Source: Octopus bimaculoides
Taxonomy: Eukaryota
DNA: 64,000 nt
Direction: 5' to 3'
NCBI RefSeq assembly: GCF_001194135.2
Contig: NC_068998.1
Span: 54,184,313 to 54,248,312 of the forward strand
The notes below the pieces were generated by a model. That model had not been told where the DNA came from, searched no databases, and was given only the letters and a program-made list of their open reading frames with translations. The position numbers and the translations under genes were made by a program. This document shows, one piece after another, positions 47,101 through 60,070 of this stretch (position 1 is the stretch's first letter; the number at the start of each line of letters is the position of its first letter).

Positions 47101-50100
47101 AGATGCCAACACTCACTTGCTTCACCAATATTTTTTCCTGATGGCTTCATAATGATATCCATTAAAATGTCAACATTATAATCAAAGGGTACGTGTATGA
47201 CATATGCCGAGGAACACAACTGCTGGCAGCAAAGGTCAGACTTTCTGAGAAATTTTATTAAATTGAAAATAAAACTTTTCTTTTACCTTTTGTCAAGCCT
47301 TGTTGAAATTTCCCTCAAGATAGAGCTTGTGCAGTCTGTGATTGAGTTTGTGGTGGACGAGACTTCACTTTCGACAAGATGACAAATGTTTAACTTTAAT
47401 AATTGAGGCAGCAACCATGAATAAAAATACTCCGGACACATAAACGGGTGGTCAGAACAGTTGATGATTGTAATTTTGAGTAACGATTCCATTCCTTCGT
47501 GAAATAATTTACTGACATCAGACGTTCTATTGGGATCGCCTACAAACACAACAGAGCTTTCTTTAGATGGCATTTCAGCAAACAAAGTCTAAAAAAAGGG
47601 CAGCAAAAACACACTTCTTGCCCCTTAGTTTCTTTCAATGTTTTATGTCTCTACTCCCTAACCAGGCATCTTGGCAGATAAGCATCATCAGTTCACCCAG
47701 TCAAGAGTCACAGAAAATCAAAAGAAACATAAATCAACTATGCTTCATTATCAGATAATTAACCTTTCTGCTGCCAACCCACCCTGAAACTGCCCATGGT
47801 TCTATTAGACAAATTCTTCTTTGTTTTATCGTGATCTTAATTACAACTTTCCATCAAAAGTTCGTATTATGTTCCAAACACCAGCTTAATCAGCTTAATA
47901 ATGACAAAGTTTATCATTATCATCGTTTAACATCCGTTTTCCATGCTGGCATGGGTTGGACGGTTTGACTGAGGTCTGGAGAGCCAGCAGCTGCACCAGG
48001 CTCCAATGTGATCTGGCAATGTTTCTACAGCTGGATGCCCTTCCTAATGCCAACCACTCTGAGAGTGTAGTGGGTGCTTTTTACATGCCACCGGCATAGG
48101 GGCCAGTCAGACGGGCTTGGCATCGATCACATTCGGATAGTACTTTTTTCGTGACACTGGCACGGGAGCCTGTCAGGTGGCCCTGGCATCAATCACATTC
48201 AGATAATGCTTTTTACATTTTCCTAAATTTTCCATTATTTTCAAAATTAACCGAAACAAAAGCCACATGTTTCAACAGAAATATGATAATGAAAAGGTTA
48301 AAGTCAGCACTATTGTGAAATACTTGTGTGTGAAGGTGATTAATAATGCAAATTACACTATTAAAGGTATTAAAGTGGATTCCATTACCTTTAACTAAAT
48401 TCTCTAACCAAATCCAAATTTCTGGTAAGACAGCTTTTGTGAGTGAAGGTTGCATACAAATTGAAGAAAATATTTCTAGGGCACTGTTTATGTTTATTTG
48501 ATGGCTTTGGTTCGATATGTTGTCTCTGGTTCCTGAAATCAAACTAACAGAAATGTAGATAACTAAAGGAAAACAAAATACAAAAAAATTGAGAGATGAA
48601 GAAAATACCAAAAGCAAAGCACCACAACTGATCTCTTTACATATAATCTGTATGGAATAAATCTTTCTTGATCTACAATTCCAAACCAAGAAAAATCTAC
48701 CAAAATTGAAGGGGAAATTGTGCCTGTTGCAATTTAGTGCCAAGTAAACTCTGAAAGAGTCTGACCATTGCAAACAGTGTGTCAAGGACTATGCTGTCCA
48801 TTGTGTCCCTTCCTTCTTCAAACACTGGTATATTTTATCTTTTATTTGCATGCGGCACTGGAATGCAGTCATGCTGGAGCACCTCTTTGAAGGGTTTCGC
48901 TTGAACAAATCAACACCACTACTTATTTTTTAAACTTCATACTGATTCTATCAGTGTATCTTGCTGAATTGCTAAGTCTGTGGTGATCTAAACAAACCAA
49001 CACTGGTCAATAAGTAGGAGAAGGGGCACAAACACATAAGTAAAGAATACTACTAACCATTCTTTAAGATTTGAAACAATGCTGGCAGAACATTCTGTTG
49101 TATGATTTCTGGGTATTTGACTGATGCTTCAGATAATGTAGAAATACACTGAGATCTGCCAACAGAATTTGAAGGAGAAAAAAAAAGATAAAGAAAGAAA
49201 GAAAGAAAAAAAAGAGAACATTAATGTTTACAGTTTGAATAAATAATTAAATAAATTGATTTTTCATTAGGGCAACACTTGTTGACTTCTTACAAAGGGA
49301 CAGATCTTATCATCCTCATTTAACATCCCTGTTGCTATGCTGGAATGGGTTGCATGGTTCGAGAGGAGCCGGCTAGGCAGAGGACAGCACAAAGCTCTAC
49401 CATCTGCTCTACTCTGGTTTCTAGGGCTGCAGTCCTACAGCAGTTTCAGAATGATCAAAACTTTCAGGAATTTATCTAAATAACCAAGTACTTCATTATC
49501 AAGCTAATAATTGATTGACAGAATTGTTAGAGCATTAACACAATACCTTGTGGTATTTAATTATGACCTTTGTGTAGTGAGTTCAAATCCTACTGAGGTT
49601 GGCTTTGCTTTTCATCATTTTAGGATTGATAAAATAAAGTACGAACCGAGTATTGCAAATGATATAAATCAACTGCTCCCTAAGAACCATGAGCCCTTTG
49701 CCTGTCCTGTCCATCACATGTGATACACAAGATATATTTCCTTGGCATCCATGCATCATATATGATATACATTCCCAATTTTTTTCAACCACCAGAGGAA
49801 CTTGAGACTCATGAAAGGAAAGCTTTATGTTACTCAGACCATATGAACCAAAGGCTGACTAAAAGCCTTGAAACAAGCCTGGACATTGAGGACAAACTTA
49901 TGAAAATGCTTTGGATAAGCAAAGGGTGAAACAAATATTTTGAACATAACCTAACAAAAATCTCCTCTAAAAACAAGGATGGCAGGGTTTCATTTAAATA
50001 TGAACACCATAGAATGAGATATTTTGTATTGTAGAACAAGAGGTCAATCTCAGGTAGGTAGAGATAATGAATGGATTAAATCCAATACTTACCTTAGAAT

Positions 50101-52281
50101 TTCATCTTTTGTTTTACTCATAACTATGAGAATGTGTTGCATAATTAACGCCTTTTTATCAGGGTCGAGGATATCGTGATAATCCAACAGCAAAGCAAGA
50201 CACTTAACACTAATCAAACAAAGTGAGACACTCGAGTTACTTAAACAAGTTGTGAACATGGCAAATATTTTGTTGAGATGCTGAGAGACAGGATTTTCTT
50301 CTGTAGAAATTAGAAAGAGAAAGAAAAAAAAGAGAACAATGATATTAATCAGCTTCCAATAGAAGGAGTGAAATATATGCAACAAGTGACAGAAAGAGAA
50401 CAAGAAATATCCGATGTTTCAGAGAGTGTGGTTTTTTGTTTCTTTTCTATGTAACTAGAATCACAGTTGAGGTTAGGGATCAATTTTACAATAAAAAAGA
50501 AGTCTACTCACCATTCTTCAAATCTGGTAAAGATTTGGTAGCTTCTAAAAACCCATATATACACCTCAGAATAAGAACTTTCCAGTTTGACTGTTGAATA
50601 TAAGAAATACAGAAGATTAACAGTGAATGAATCAATAATTGTGGAACATCACTCTATTTAATTGTGCAATGACATGTTGTGATAGAGAAAATTCATTTTC
50701 CATATGTGTGTGTGTGTGTGTACATAAATAAGTAGGTGACCACAGCATGATTAAATGGTCAAGAAGGTCACTTTGCAACTACGAGGTGGAGAGGAGGGGA
50801 GAGGAGGAAGTGGAAAGGAGGAGGAAAGGGAGAGGAAGAGGAGGTTAAAACAAAAGAGTAGTAATGGCAGGAGTTCAAATTCTGCAGATCCTGAACAAGC
50901 AAACAATTAATGAGAACCTAGAAATTATGTCTCCTTACCTGACATGCTTTCTCATTCATCTCCAAGAGCTCTGGTAGTTTTTGTTGAAGAATATAAATTG
51001 CAGAAACTTTTGATGCCGAAGCAGCACTATGAAGAAGCTTCATGTGATTAACAAACTGTTCCTCCTGTTGACTATTTAATCGGCAAACTGAAATGGAGAA
51101 CATTCTAATGTATCCTTTATTTATTTAATCTGAATATTTGGTCAGCAAAAACACAAAGAAACACAATCAAAACAGTCTAAAATAACAGATGAACTGATCA
51201 ATTCTGAAACTCGGTTTCTTTCCAGATCTGTTTCCCTCCTTACATGTTAATCTGGAATTCACCATAACAAACTGTTATATGCATCACTGCTTCTAAGTTG
51301 TGCAGAGGATGCATGACCAACCATGCAAGTCGTTGTATTGTTGCAACATGCAGCAGAATGTTGCTGTTCATTTTAATTTACAAACACATACTTGATAAGT
51401 TGCATTTTAATACACACCTCGATATTGTTTTACCTTCTTTTACTTAATTCTTTGTTGAATATACACCTATATATATATATATATATCAATAAAACAAAAT
51501 ATTGCTTATCAGGCATGAAACAATTGGTCAGCCACTAGTTATATTCTTTAACTCTTTAGCATTTAAACTGGCTCAAACTGGCCAGATTTGGCCTCTCACA
51601 CCTACCCTACAATGTCATATACAGTCACATCATCGAAATCTCAAAGCTATGAGATAATGCATGGTTAATTCGAAACAATGAGAATAAATAAGCATTACAT
51701 TTGACCGAGTAATCTGAATGCTAAAAGGTTACATTTAAACCCCTACAGCCTTGAAATACAAATAAACAACAACGACATTAAAAGAGAACAAATAAACATC
51801 AGTTTTAGTCCAGTTGTTCTGGCACCAGTTACATTTATTATGTTATGGTGACATAACAATTTTATTTACACAGCAGCCAGCATTGATAAAGACAAAGTCT
51901 CAAAACTGAGATCATGGTGAAGGAATGTAAGTGGAGGGGTGATAAGATATGACATCTTCAGCTTAGTCTCGAAAATATTTGAGATGCAAGGGTGGCTGGG
52001 TGGTAAGAAGTTTGCTTCCCAACCACACTTCAAGCGTCTTCTGCTCTAGCTCCAGGATCACCCAATGGCTTGTGATTGAATTTGATAGATGGAAACCGTG
52101 TGGAAGATCCTCATCATCAACTTTTAACATCCATTGTCCATGCTGGCATGGGTTGGACAGTTTGACCAGAGCTGGCCAGCTAGGGAGCTACACTAGACTC
52201 CAGTCTGATTTGGCAATATTTCTACAGCTGGATGCCCTTCCTAACACCATGCATACAAACAAACATACACACATGGATGTG

Positions 52282-52321
<40 letters not shown>

Positions 52322-55300
52322 ACTTGTCAACTTCCCCCAATGCTTAGCAGCCAATGCTGGTTTGTTAGCATGTCTGTGACTCAGAAGGTCACCAAAAATA
52401 CTGAAGTTGATATATTTGACGGAGACCCCCCCACACACACACAAGACAGTGCTCCAGTAAAGCCACAGTTCCATGATTGAAACAAGTAAAAAATACAAGA
52501 ATTTGACATTTAAAATTTTCTCTCATAAAAAGAAAACAAAAAGTTCTTTTTTTTTTAAAGTTACCTTTTAAAATATAATTCAAGAAGGAATTCAAAGGAC
52601 TCTCGCTGTCATCCTGAAATTATTGAAAAAAAAAACCAACAAAAAATAAGATTTAAAATGACAAGTGATAGAATGGTACTGATTTATAGATAAAAAAACA
52701 AGTAGAAATAAGTCTAAGAGAGAGAAGGCAAAAGAGGGATGGAGCTGACCATTGCTGGACATGTTTTAGCCAAAAGTTTTTGGCTTTATCACAGACTCAC
52801 TAATGCTGCCATGTTAACTTGATGCTGACCAGGGACTCTGTGAGTCTTAAGACTGATTTTTGCCAGCTGAGTGAACAGGAGTAACGAGTAGTGTTAGATT
52901 CTTCTACCACCATCATCATCATTGTTTTAATGTCCACTTTTCCATGCTTGAATGGGCTGCATGGAATTTGTTGAGTAAGATTTTCTGCAGCTGGATGCTC
53001 TTTCTGTCATCAGCCTTCAACTATTTCCAAATAAGGTAATATTTTCCCCGTGTCCCATGGAAAAACAGAAAATGAACACACCTACTTATATGACAGAAGA
53101 TGACCACTAGTCTGGGACAGACAGACTTGAAACCTTCATAAGAATCTAAGCGAGCAACTAATAGCATAAACAGCAGAACAATTTACCTCAATTATTTGGT
53201 CAGTCAACGTAGATGTAATATTTTGTGTTGCCTTCAAAGCAGCCTCTTGAGCTTCTTTACTGCCAGATATCAACTGAAAGAACAAATTACACAACATTAC
53301 AAGAACACCATTGCCAAAACAGTCTCTTTCTCTCTTATTAAAATTATCTACAATCAATTTATAGCTTTGTGGTTGATGTTTGATCAATATTGACATAATA
53401 GATGATATTGTTCTCATTGTCATTGTTGTCATTTTAACGTACACTTTTCTGAGCTTGCATGGGTCAGATAGAGTTTGCTGAGGCAGATTTTCTACAGCTG
53501 GATCCTCTTCCTGTGACCAACCCTTACTTGTTTCCAAGCCAAACCTGGACACGTGTACCTTCTCATCAAAATAGAAAACAAAGTAAAAGTCTCACCTCAT
53601 TTCTGAATATGGAGAAGAGCACGTTTAATGATAAATATTTATTGAGAGCTTCAGCTCCATACACAGGGGAAACCTCAGCCTGAAAGAAAAGAGAGACAAA
53701 ATACAAGTCAAATAGGGTGAAACATAGCAACTGTTTAGGTGGGATAAGCTACACAAGAAGAAATTAACAAAAAAACATCTTTAAATAGTCTTGAGGCAAG
53801 ATCTCTCAGAAATACTTCAAAAGAAGCTACGCAAGTTAGATAATGATAAAAACTTGTAATTGAAATAATAACAGCAACAAATAATAGTTTAAGTATTATT
53901 ATCATTATTATTATTATTATTATTATTATGATTAAATTCTGCCGAGGTCAGCTTTACCTTTCATCCTTTCGGAGTTGATAAATTAAGTACCAGTGAAACA
54001 CTGGGGTCAATGTAATCAACTAATCCCCTCCTCCAAAATTTCAGACGTGCTTTTAGTAGAAAGGATTATTATTATCAAATAGAAACATTATTATTTTCTA
54101 CTTATTAGATCAGTAACTGTGTGTCACTTTGAAAATTATAATTATTATGGTGAATTGGCAGAATCGTTAGCACACCAAACAAAATCCTTAGCAGGTTTCA
54201 TTCATCTTTATGTTCTGGGTTCAAATGCCACCAAAGTTGACTTTGCCTTTCATCCTTTCAGGGGTCAATAAAAAAAAGGACCAGTTAAGTACTGAGTAAT
54301 AGACTTACTCCCTCTCCACAAATTTCAGGCTCTGTGCCTATAGTAGCAAGGATTATTATTATTACTAATATTATTTCCTAGCCATTGTCCCTACATAGAA
54401 GCAAAACAATTATTAGAGATCAATAGATTTGAATTGATTTCAGACAAATTCTAACAGCTTTTATTTTACTAAAGGTCAACAACTGATTTTTGCCATTAAA
54501 ATTAGTAGCTGATTTAGAAATATACATTTAAAAATCAAAATATAGTTTTTATCCACGTTTAACCTTTCTCATACAAGCTCACATGTTTTTAGTCTTCACA
54601 TCCAACCCTTTTGTTATCAGATTTCTAAAGAAATACACTGCCTTTGTTTCAATTGCTTTTGAAAATAATTAAGAATTTAGTGAAACATTTTTTTAATATC
54701 TTTATTATTGAGATAGTAATTAGAAAATTAATCGACATGGGATTTTGATCACTTTAGAACAGAAAGTTGATATTGTTGAACCCAGGTGGCTTTGGGTGGT
54801 GAGTGGTATCAAAAGGGTTAAATTAAAAACTTTCCATCATAATTTTAGCATCAACAAAAACAAAGAAAAATGCTATGCACCAAGTGCCTGCTTTATGATA
54901 ATAGGGCTATTTTTAAAATTAATCAATACAATTAAACAGTGTATCATCATTATCATCATCATTTCATATCTGTTTTCCATGTTGGTAAACCAGAAAATGG
55001 CACCAGGCTCCAGTTGTCTGTTTTGGCCTTGTTTCTACAGTTGGATGCCCTTCCTAATGCCAACCACTTCACAGAGTGGCACTGGGTGCCTTTTACATGC
55101 ATCAGCATGGTGCTTTTTATGAGGCACCAGCACCCTTGGGACTGCCAAGTAGGGGATAAAGACTTGCTAAACATGTGGGAATTAATGGACAGTCAATTAA
55201 ATCAACCCCAGTATGCAACTGGTACTTAATTTCTCGACCCCAAAAGGATGAAATGCAAAGTTAACCTCAGTGGAATTTGAACTCAGAATGCAAAGATAAA

Positions 55301-58300
55301 CGAAATACTGCTAAACATCCATTGTTTCATGTTTGCACAGGTTACAAGGTTATATGTGTAGGAGTAATAAAATAATAATGGAAAACAAATTTTTTTAAAC
55401 TTACCAAAGTTTGCATGGCATCGATTCGAGAGTCTGGGACATCTGAAGATAATTTGTCAAAAAGGAGTGGCAGTACAAATTCAGCAAAACGAGGAGTTGC
55501 AGTTAAACATCTGCGAAGACTGAGGACTAAATCTTCCTTTTCAATACCATGCGGATTATCTGCAGGCTAAAAACAACAGAAATTAAATGTAAATTGACAA
55601 AAATAGAAATATTCTACAGGGACCAAAATATTTTAACAGTGGGATGAGAATATGATACAAACTGAATTATCAACCCATCCATTTTCACTAGTTAATATTT
55701 CTAGAAGGATTGTTGAGGTTAGAGACCTCTGGCACCTCCACCATAGGGTACCGTGTAATGACAATGGTCATTACACTTTCCAGCTGGGTTCCCAAATGTA
55801 ACTGACTAAGATTATGGATATTATCCAACCATCTCATTCTTGGTCTACCCCTATGTCACTTGCCAATTGGCTACATTCTAATCACATGTCTATAGTACAA
55901 GAGTTGTGAGCTCACAATGCAGAGAAGCAGTGGCTCAACCTGGAGAGACACCCTGATCTCTGAGCTATCCACCCCCATTAAGTAACATTTCTACAGAAAT
56001 CCTTCACAGGAACTCCATTTCAAATTTAGGCCACTTGAATTTGCAATCAAATTCTTGAGATCATTGCCCAACATTCAGGACTACAGGCAAGGACACACGT
56101 GGAACCTGAATTGCAGATTACAAATTTAGCTTAGTTTTTTTTTTTTTTTAGTTTTTTTTTTTACCAGCTTCTCTTCTTCTAAAGACCGAATGCTGGAATG
56201 GGTGCATTACTGTGCCAAAAAACCACGTGGTTGAGAAGCAAGTGTCTTAACCACTCAGCCACACCTATAATTTATACTAATTTAATTTTAGGACTACCAT
56301 ATCTTAATTTTTTTTTTTAATATTCAATACATATTCTTATTAAAGCATTTTTAAGCAATGGTTCATTGTTAAACAGTTTCTGCACCAGTGAAAATAAATG
56401 AAGATATAAAAATGATTTCAGAGAAAATATTCCTCAAAAATATTCTTTAAATTATAAAGGAATTGTCTAAAAGGTAGCAGCAGTTAAGAATGGTGAATTC
56501 TGAAATGGAAGTGGGGAGTGGTTACTCACTTGCGGATAATTCTAGGAAACAATGGCAAATAAATAAAATGGTAGGAATAACAATAAAATGTTCCTGCTTA
56601 AAACAAGAAAAGCAAAAAAAAAAAAAAAGGAACAGCGTTATTACGTGCAAAATCATTTTAAAGATGCACAAAATTCAATCATTAGTGGCTATTAGAGATA
56701 CTTACAGGTTGAAAGTCTATAGGAAAATAACAGGCAGTAATTTCAAACATTTCTTCAACAAAGAGACCTACAAAACAATGCAAAGAGGAGAGGTGTGAGG
56801 GGAAAATGAAAGAATTTTAGGGAGGAATTGTCTGGAACATAAATTAACATAAAATTTTGATGGAACATTTTAATTTAGATTAACTTAAAAACAGGTGTGT
56901 ATCATAGAGGTAAGAGTAGGGTGTGGGGTAGGTTAGAATCAACAGAGTGAAATATTTCGTATTTATTCTGCTTTTATTTATCAGAAGATTTGCTGAATAT
57001 AAGATTATCACTTACCTAGCGAAAGCTGTTTGATAATTATTTCTGCACATTGAAAGGCTAGTTGAAGATTACGTGGGTCTTTCTCACCGTCCATTGCTTG
57101 GATAAAACCACACACAAAATCACCTTCCATTTTCCTTAATTCTGTTGTCAAAAAAAAAAAAAAAACTATGATAGAACATCTTCCATGTGGAAAGAGGAAC
57201 AGAAAGTAAGAATAGCTGGCCTTTGACTTTTTCCATGCAAGGTGTTTTTGTTTTTAACCNNNNNNNNNNNNNNNNNNNNNNNNNNNNNNNNNNNNNNNNN
57301 NNNNNNNNNNNNNNNNNNNNNNNNNNNNNNNNNNNNNNNNNNNNNNNNNNNNNNNNNNNNNNNNNNNNNNNNNNNNNNNNNNNNNNNNNNNNNNNNNNNN
57401 NNNNNNNNNNNNNNNNNNNNNNNNNNNNNNNNNNNNNNNNNNNNNNNNNNNNNNNNNNNNNNNNNNNNNNNNNNNNNNNNNNNNNNNNNNNNNNNNNNNN
57501 NNNNNNNNNNNNNNNNNNNNNNNNNNNNNNNNNNNNNNNNNNNNNNNNNNNNNNNNNNNNNNNNNNNNNNNNNNNNNNNNNNNNNNNNNNNNNNNNNNNN
57601 NNNNNNNNNNNNNNNNNNNNNNNNNNNNNNNNNNNNNNNNNNNNNNNNNNNNNNNNNNNNNNNNNNNNNNNNNNNNNNNNNNNNNNNNNNNNNNNNNNNN
57701 NNNNNNNNNNNNNNNNNNNNNNNNNNNNNNNNNNNNNNNNTTTTTTATCCTTATGAGAATGATTAAATAAAATGTTGGAGATTATAGGAATGAAAAAGAG
57801 AATTAAGTCAGACAGACAGAGTTAATAAAAATTGAAAATAAGTGTAGAGAGTTCATAAGGGGAAACTAAGAAAATGAATCATAAGCCAATGAAAATTACA
57901 AAGTTAGGGGATGGGAAAAACCTGTGAAAGATTTTTATAGGATTTAAAAGAAAATAAGAGACAGAAGTTGTAATTAGTAGAGTTGAAGTAGAAAGTAAAA
58001 GTCATTAAGTCTTTGTGGAGATTTGGAAGCAGACAGAAGCAAGGAGAGAGAGAGAATGTACGTGTGCATGTGTGCCTGATGTATGAGTGCATGGATGTGG
58101 GTGTGTTATTAGTTCATATATATATATATATACAGTTTATATTTACCAGTTTCATTTATATGTTTATTGGTCAGCTAGAGATTATATCAGAAGATACTCA
58201 TCTAAGGTGCCACAAGGTAGAAAGGAACTTAAAAGCACACGGTGAGAAAACAAGCTTTGTTATCACACACTCCTACCTACACTTACATCACATAGAAAAA

Positions 58301-58974
58301 TAAATAATACAAAGAACACATGTAAATGAATAATGTGAGGGTTAAGAGGAGATAACAAGAAATGTTAAGGAAATGCTACTCAACGTACAAGGGCAGCGAG
58401 GCCATGGAGGGCTGCAGGTTGAAGAGAATGATGATCACCAAGACGATTACAGAGAAACGTGCAGAGTAACTCCACTGCAAAGAAAGAAAAGATTAAATAA
58501 ATTGACTGATAATTCCTAATACATCCAAAACTAGAGCAAATTTTTACACCAAGTAATCCACAACACAACACCAAATCTAACATCGCTTCCCACAACCATA
58601 ACAAACCAACACTGACAAACCTCATCACAACATAGCCACACCCACAAAATCAACACAGTCAAACTTCATAACCTCAAGGACAAAAGGGAAAGTAAAAATC
58701 TCAAGAGGGTTCAGATGAAGAATGGAAAAGTACAGAACCTAAAAACTGAAAGACATTTAGTTTGGCATTTTACCATTTCTACTACTTACTTCCTAGACAC
58801 AAAAAACAAAAACAAAAAAAAAAAAATGATGAACATACCTTCAGCAAAAATTAATAAATCTTGTGGAATTTGATGAAGAGCATCACAAAGCAACTTTGTA
58901 CCATCAGCCCTTCGACTAAGACCTGAAGTGGTTAATGCTGACCTGAAGAAAGAAAAACGGGTGAAATATAGAAT

Positions 58975-59017
<43 letters not shown>

Positions 59018-59425
59018 GTAAACCTGCTTGCCCATCACTTTCACAATTAACATAAATAAAGTTTGTAGGAGTTATATGATATCCTGCATTTTTTAAGACA
59101 ATAACTTGGTGATTTGGTAAAAGAAACCAATAGAACAGGCATCAGACTTAAAAATTGGGATTTGTTAGACTAAAACACTTCAAGACTGTGCCCCAGTATG
59201 GTCACAGTCCAATGACTGAAACAAGTAAAAGATAAAAGGTAATACTTCAATGGGTTTTCCGTAAGGTTTGACAAAGATCTATTCAATTACCAACTGGGTT
59301 CATTGGACCCAGTTGGTAATTAGCGACATACATTTTCTCTGGTAGACCAAGAGTTAATCAAAATCACAATACTTACCCAAGACATTGCACTATTTCAAGG
59401 AGATTAACTTCTTTATGTGTTAAAC
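38764..59425 (-). CDS. MMS19: MMS19 cytosolic iron-sulfur assembly (CIA) targeting-complex scaffold, HEAT-repeat protein; 5'-partial, 24 exons visible
   Basis: Exons 5'->3': 59377-59425, 58839-58942, 58389-58474 (NRLGDHH), [missing exon(s), likely in N-gap 57260-57740], 57016-57141 (GFIQAMDGEKDPRNL), 56706-56767 (EMFEITACYFPIDF), 55405-55566, 53596-53679, 53187-53273, 52565-52613, 50939-51087, 50512-50590, 50093-50300, 49058-49155, 48389-48532, 47287-47539, 46835-46940, 45808-45876, 44966-45092 (TAAAKCFAGLINK), 44494-44666, 43187-43373, 42654-42736, 41345-41512, 40538-40698 (LDDKKRLVRKQAVKARGEW), 38764-38791 (YLLGAPSS*). All GT-AG; phases are compatible except across the gap. 2842 coding nt are visible. 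Confidence 0.95.
40929..41160 (+). mobile_element. CR1/L2-type LINE 3' end, antisense in an MMS19 intron
   Basis: FFMLRIAEAWNKLPASVVNHQDTTPFK...* (stop 41046-41048) matches the CR1/L2 ORF2 terminal 'RV...WN.LP..VV......FK' motif. Confidence 0.75.
44331..44374 (-). ncRNA. Minimal type I hammerhead ribozyme fold, CpG-eroded, sense within an MMS19 intron
   Basis: Minus strand TGTAC-CTGAAGA-GACC-cagagca-GGTT-GAAA-C-gtgt-GTT|GTATG, followed by AATAAA (44324-44329). The CUGANGA and GAAA cores are intact, stem II has 4 bp and stem I has 5 bp (2 wobbles). Confidence 0.72.
47905..48215 (-). mobile_element. Long copy of the (GAT)n-tailed retroposon segment with internal ~70-nt tandem units
   Basis: Reverse-complement match to 20170-20437, with repeated ...ACTGGC.C.GG.GCC.GTCAG... 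units. Confidence 0.75.
51545..51730. mobile_element. piggyBac-like MITE, second family
   Basis: TTAACTCTTTAGCATTTAAA...CTGAATGCTAAAAGGTT. An inverted copy lies at ~36590-36840 and shares GGCCTCTCACACCTACCCTACAATGTCAT. Confidence 0.6.
55740..55900 (-). mobile_element. RTE/BovB-like LINE 3' fragment
   Basis: Minus-strand RGRPRMRWLDNI at 55817-55852. Confidence 0.6.
57260..57740. other. Assembly gap (481 N) expected to hold 1-2 MMS19 exons
   Basis: Exon 58389-58474 ends in phase 0 while exon 57016-57141 starts in phase 1, and the conserved segment between 'GL.AL' and 'EL..MG.DF' is absent from the sequenced flanks. Confidence 0.75.
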
Positions 59426-59530
59426 CTGAAATGAAATAAAGAGTATTACTAAATTTCACATATTAAATAGGAGGGGGCTGAGGACTGGACCTTGGTGGAC
59501 CCCTACCTCTACCCAGAATTCTTCACTGTA

Positions 59531-60070
59531 CTAGCTGCCAACCCTCACCTTACTTACAGCGTCCCTGTATATGGTTTGCACAGCTCTCACTAACCATTCA
59601 TCTATCCCTAGTTTCCTCATTGACCACCAGATAAGGTATCGGGAGACCCTGTCAAAGGCTTTCTCCATGTCAATGAAAGCCAGGTACAGAGGTTTATCCT
59701 TAGCTAGGTATTTCTCCTGCAGCTGTCTTACCAGAAATATAGCATCAGTGGTGCTTTTCCCTGGCATGAACCCAAACTGCATCTCATCTAAACTGACTCT
59801 CTCCCTAATCAGTTGGGCTATGACCCTTTCTGTGACTTTCATTACCTGATCTAACAACTTGATACCTCTGTAATTATTTGTATCTAAAGCGTTACCCTTA
59901 CCTTTGTAGCAGTTGACTATGGTGCTGCTACACCAGTCATTGGGTATGACTCATGTATCACCTGGTTAACTATACAGGTGACTAAGCTATAGCCAACACT
60001 GCCAGATATTTTGAGCATCTCTGTGGTGATTCCTGATGGGATGGGAGCTTTCCCTGTCTTCATACTCTCG
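59531..60070 (-). mobile_element. RTE-clade LINE reverse transcriptase fragment in MMS19 intron 1
   Basis: MKTGKAP..SGITTEMLK, frameshift, IPNDWCSSTIVNCYKGKGNALDTNNYRGIKLLDQVMKV...QFGFMPGKSTTDAIF...AFIDMEKAFDRV. Confidence 0.92.
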
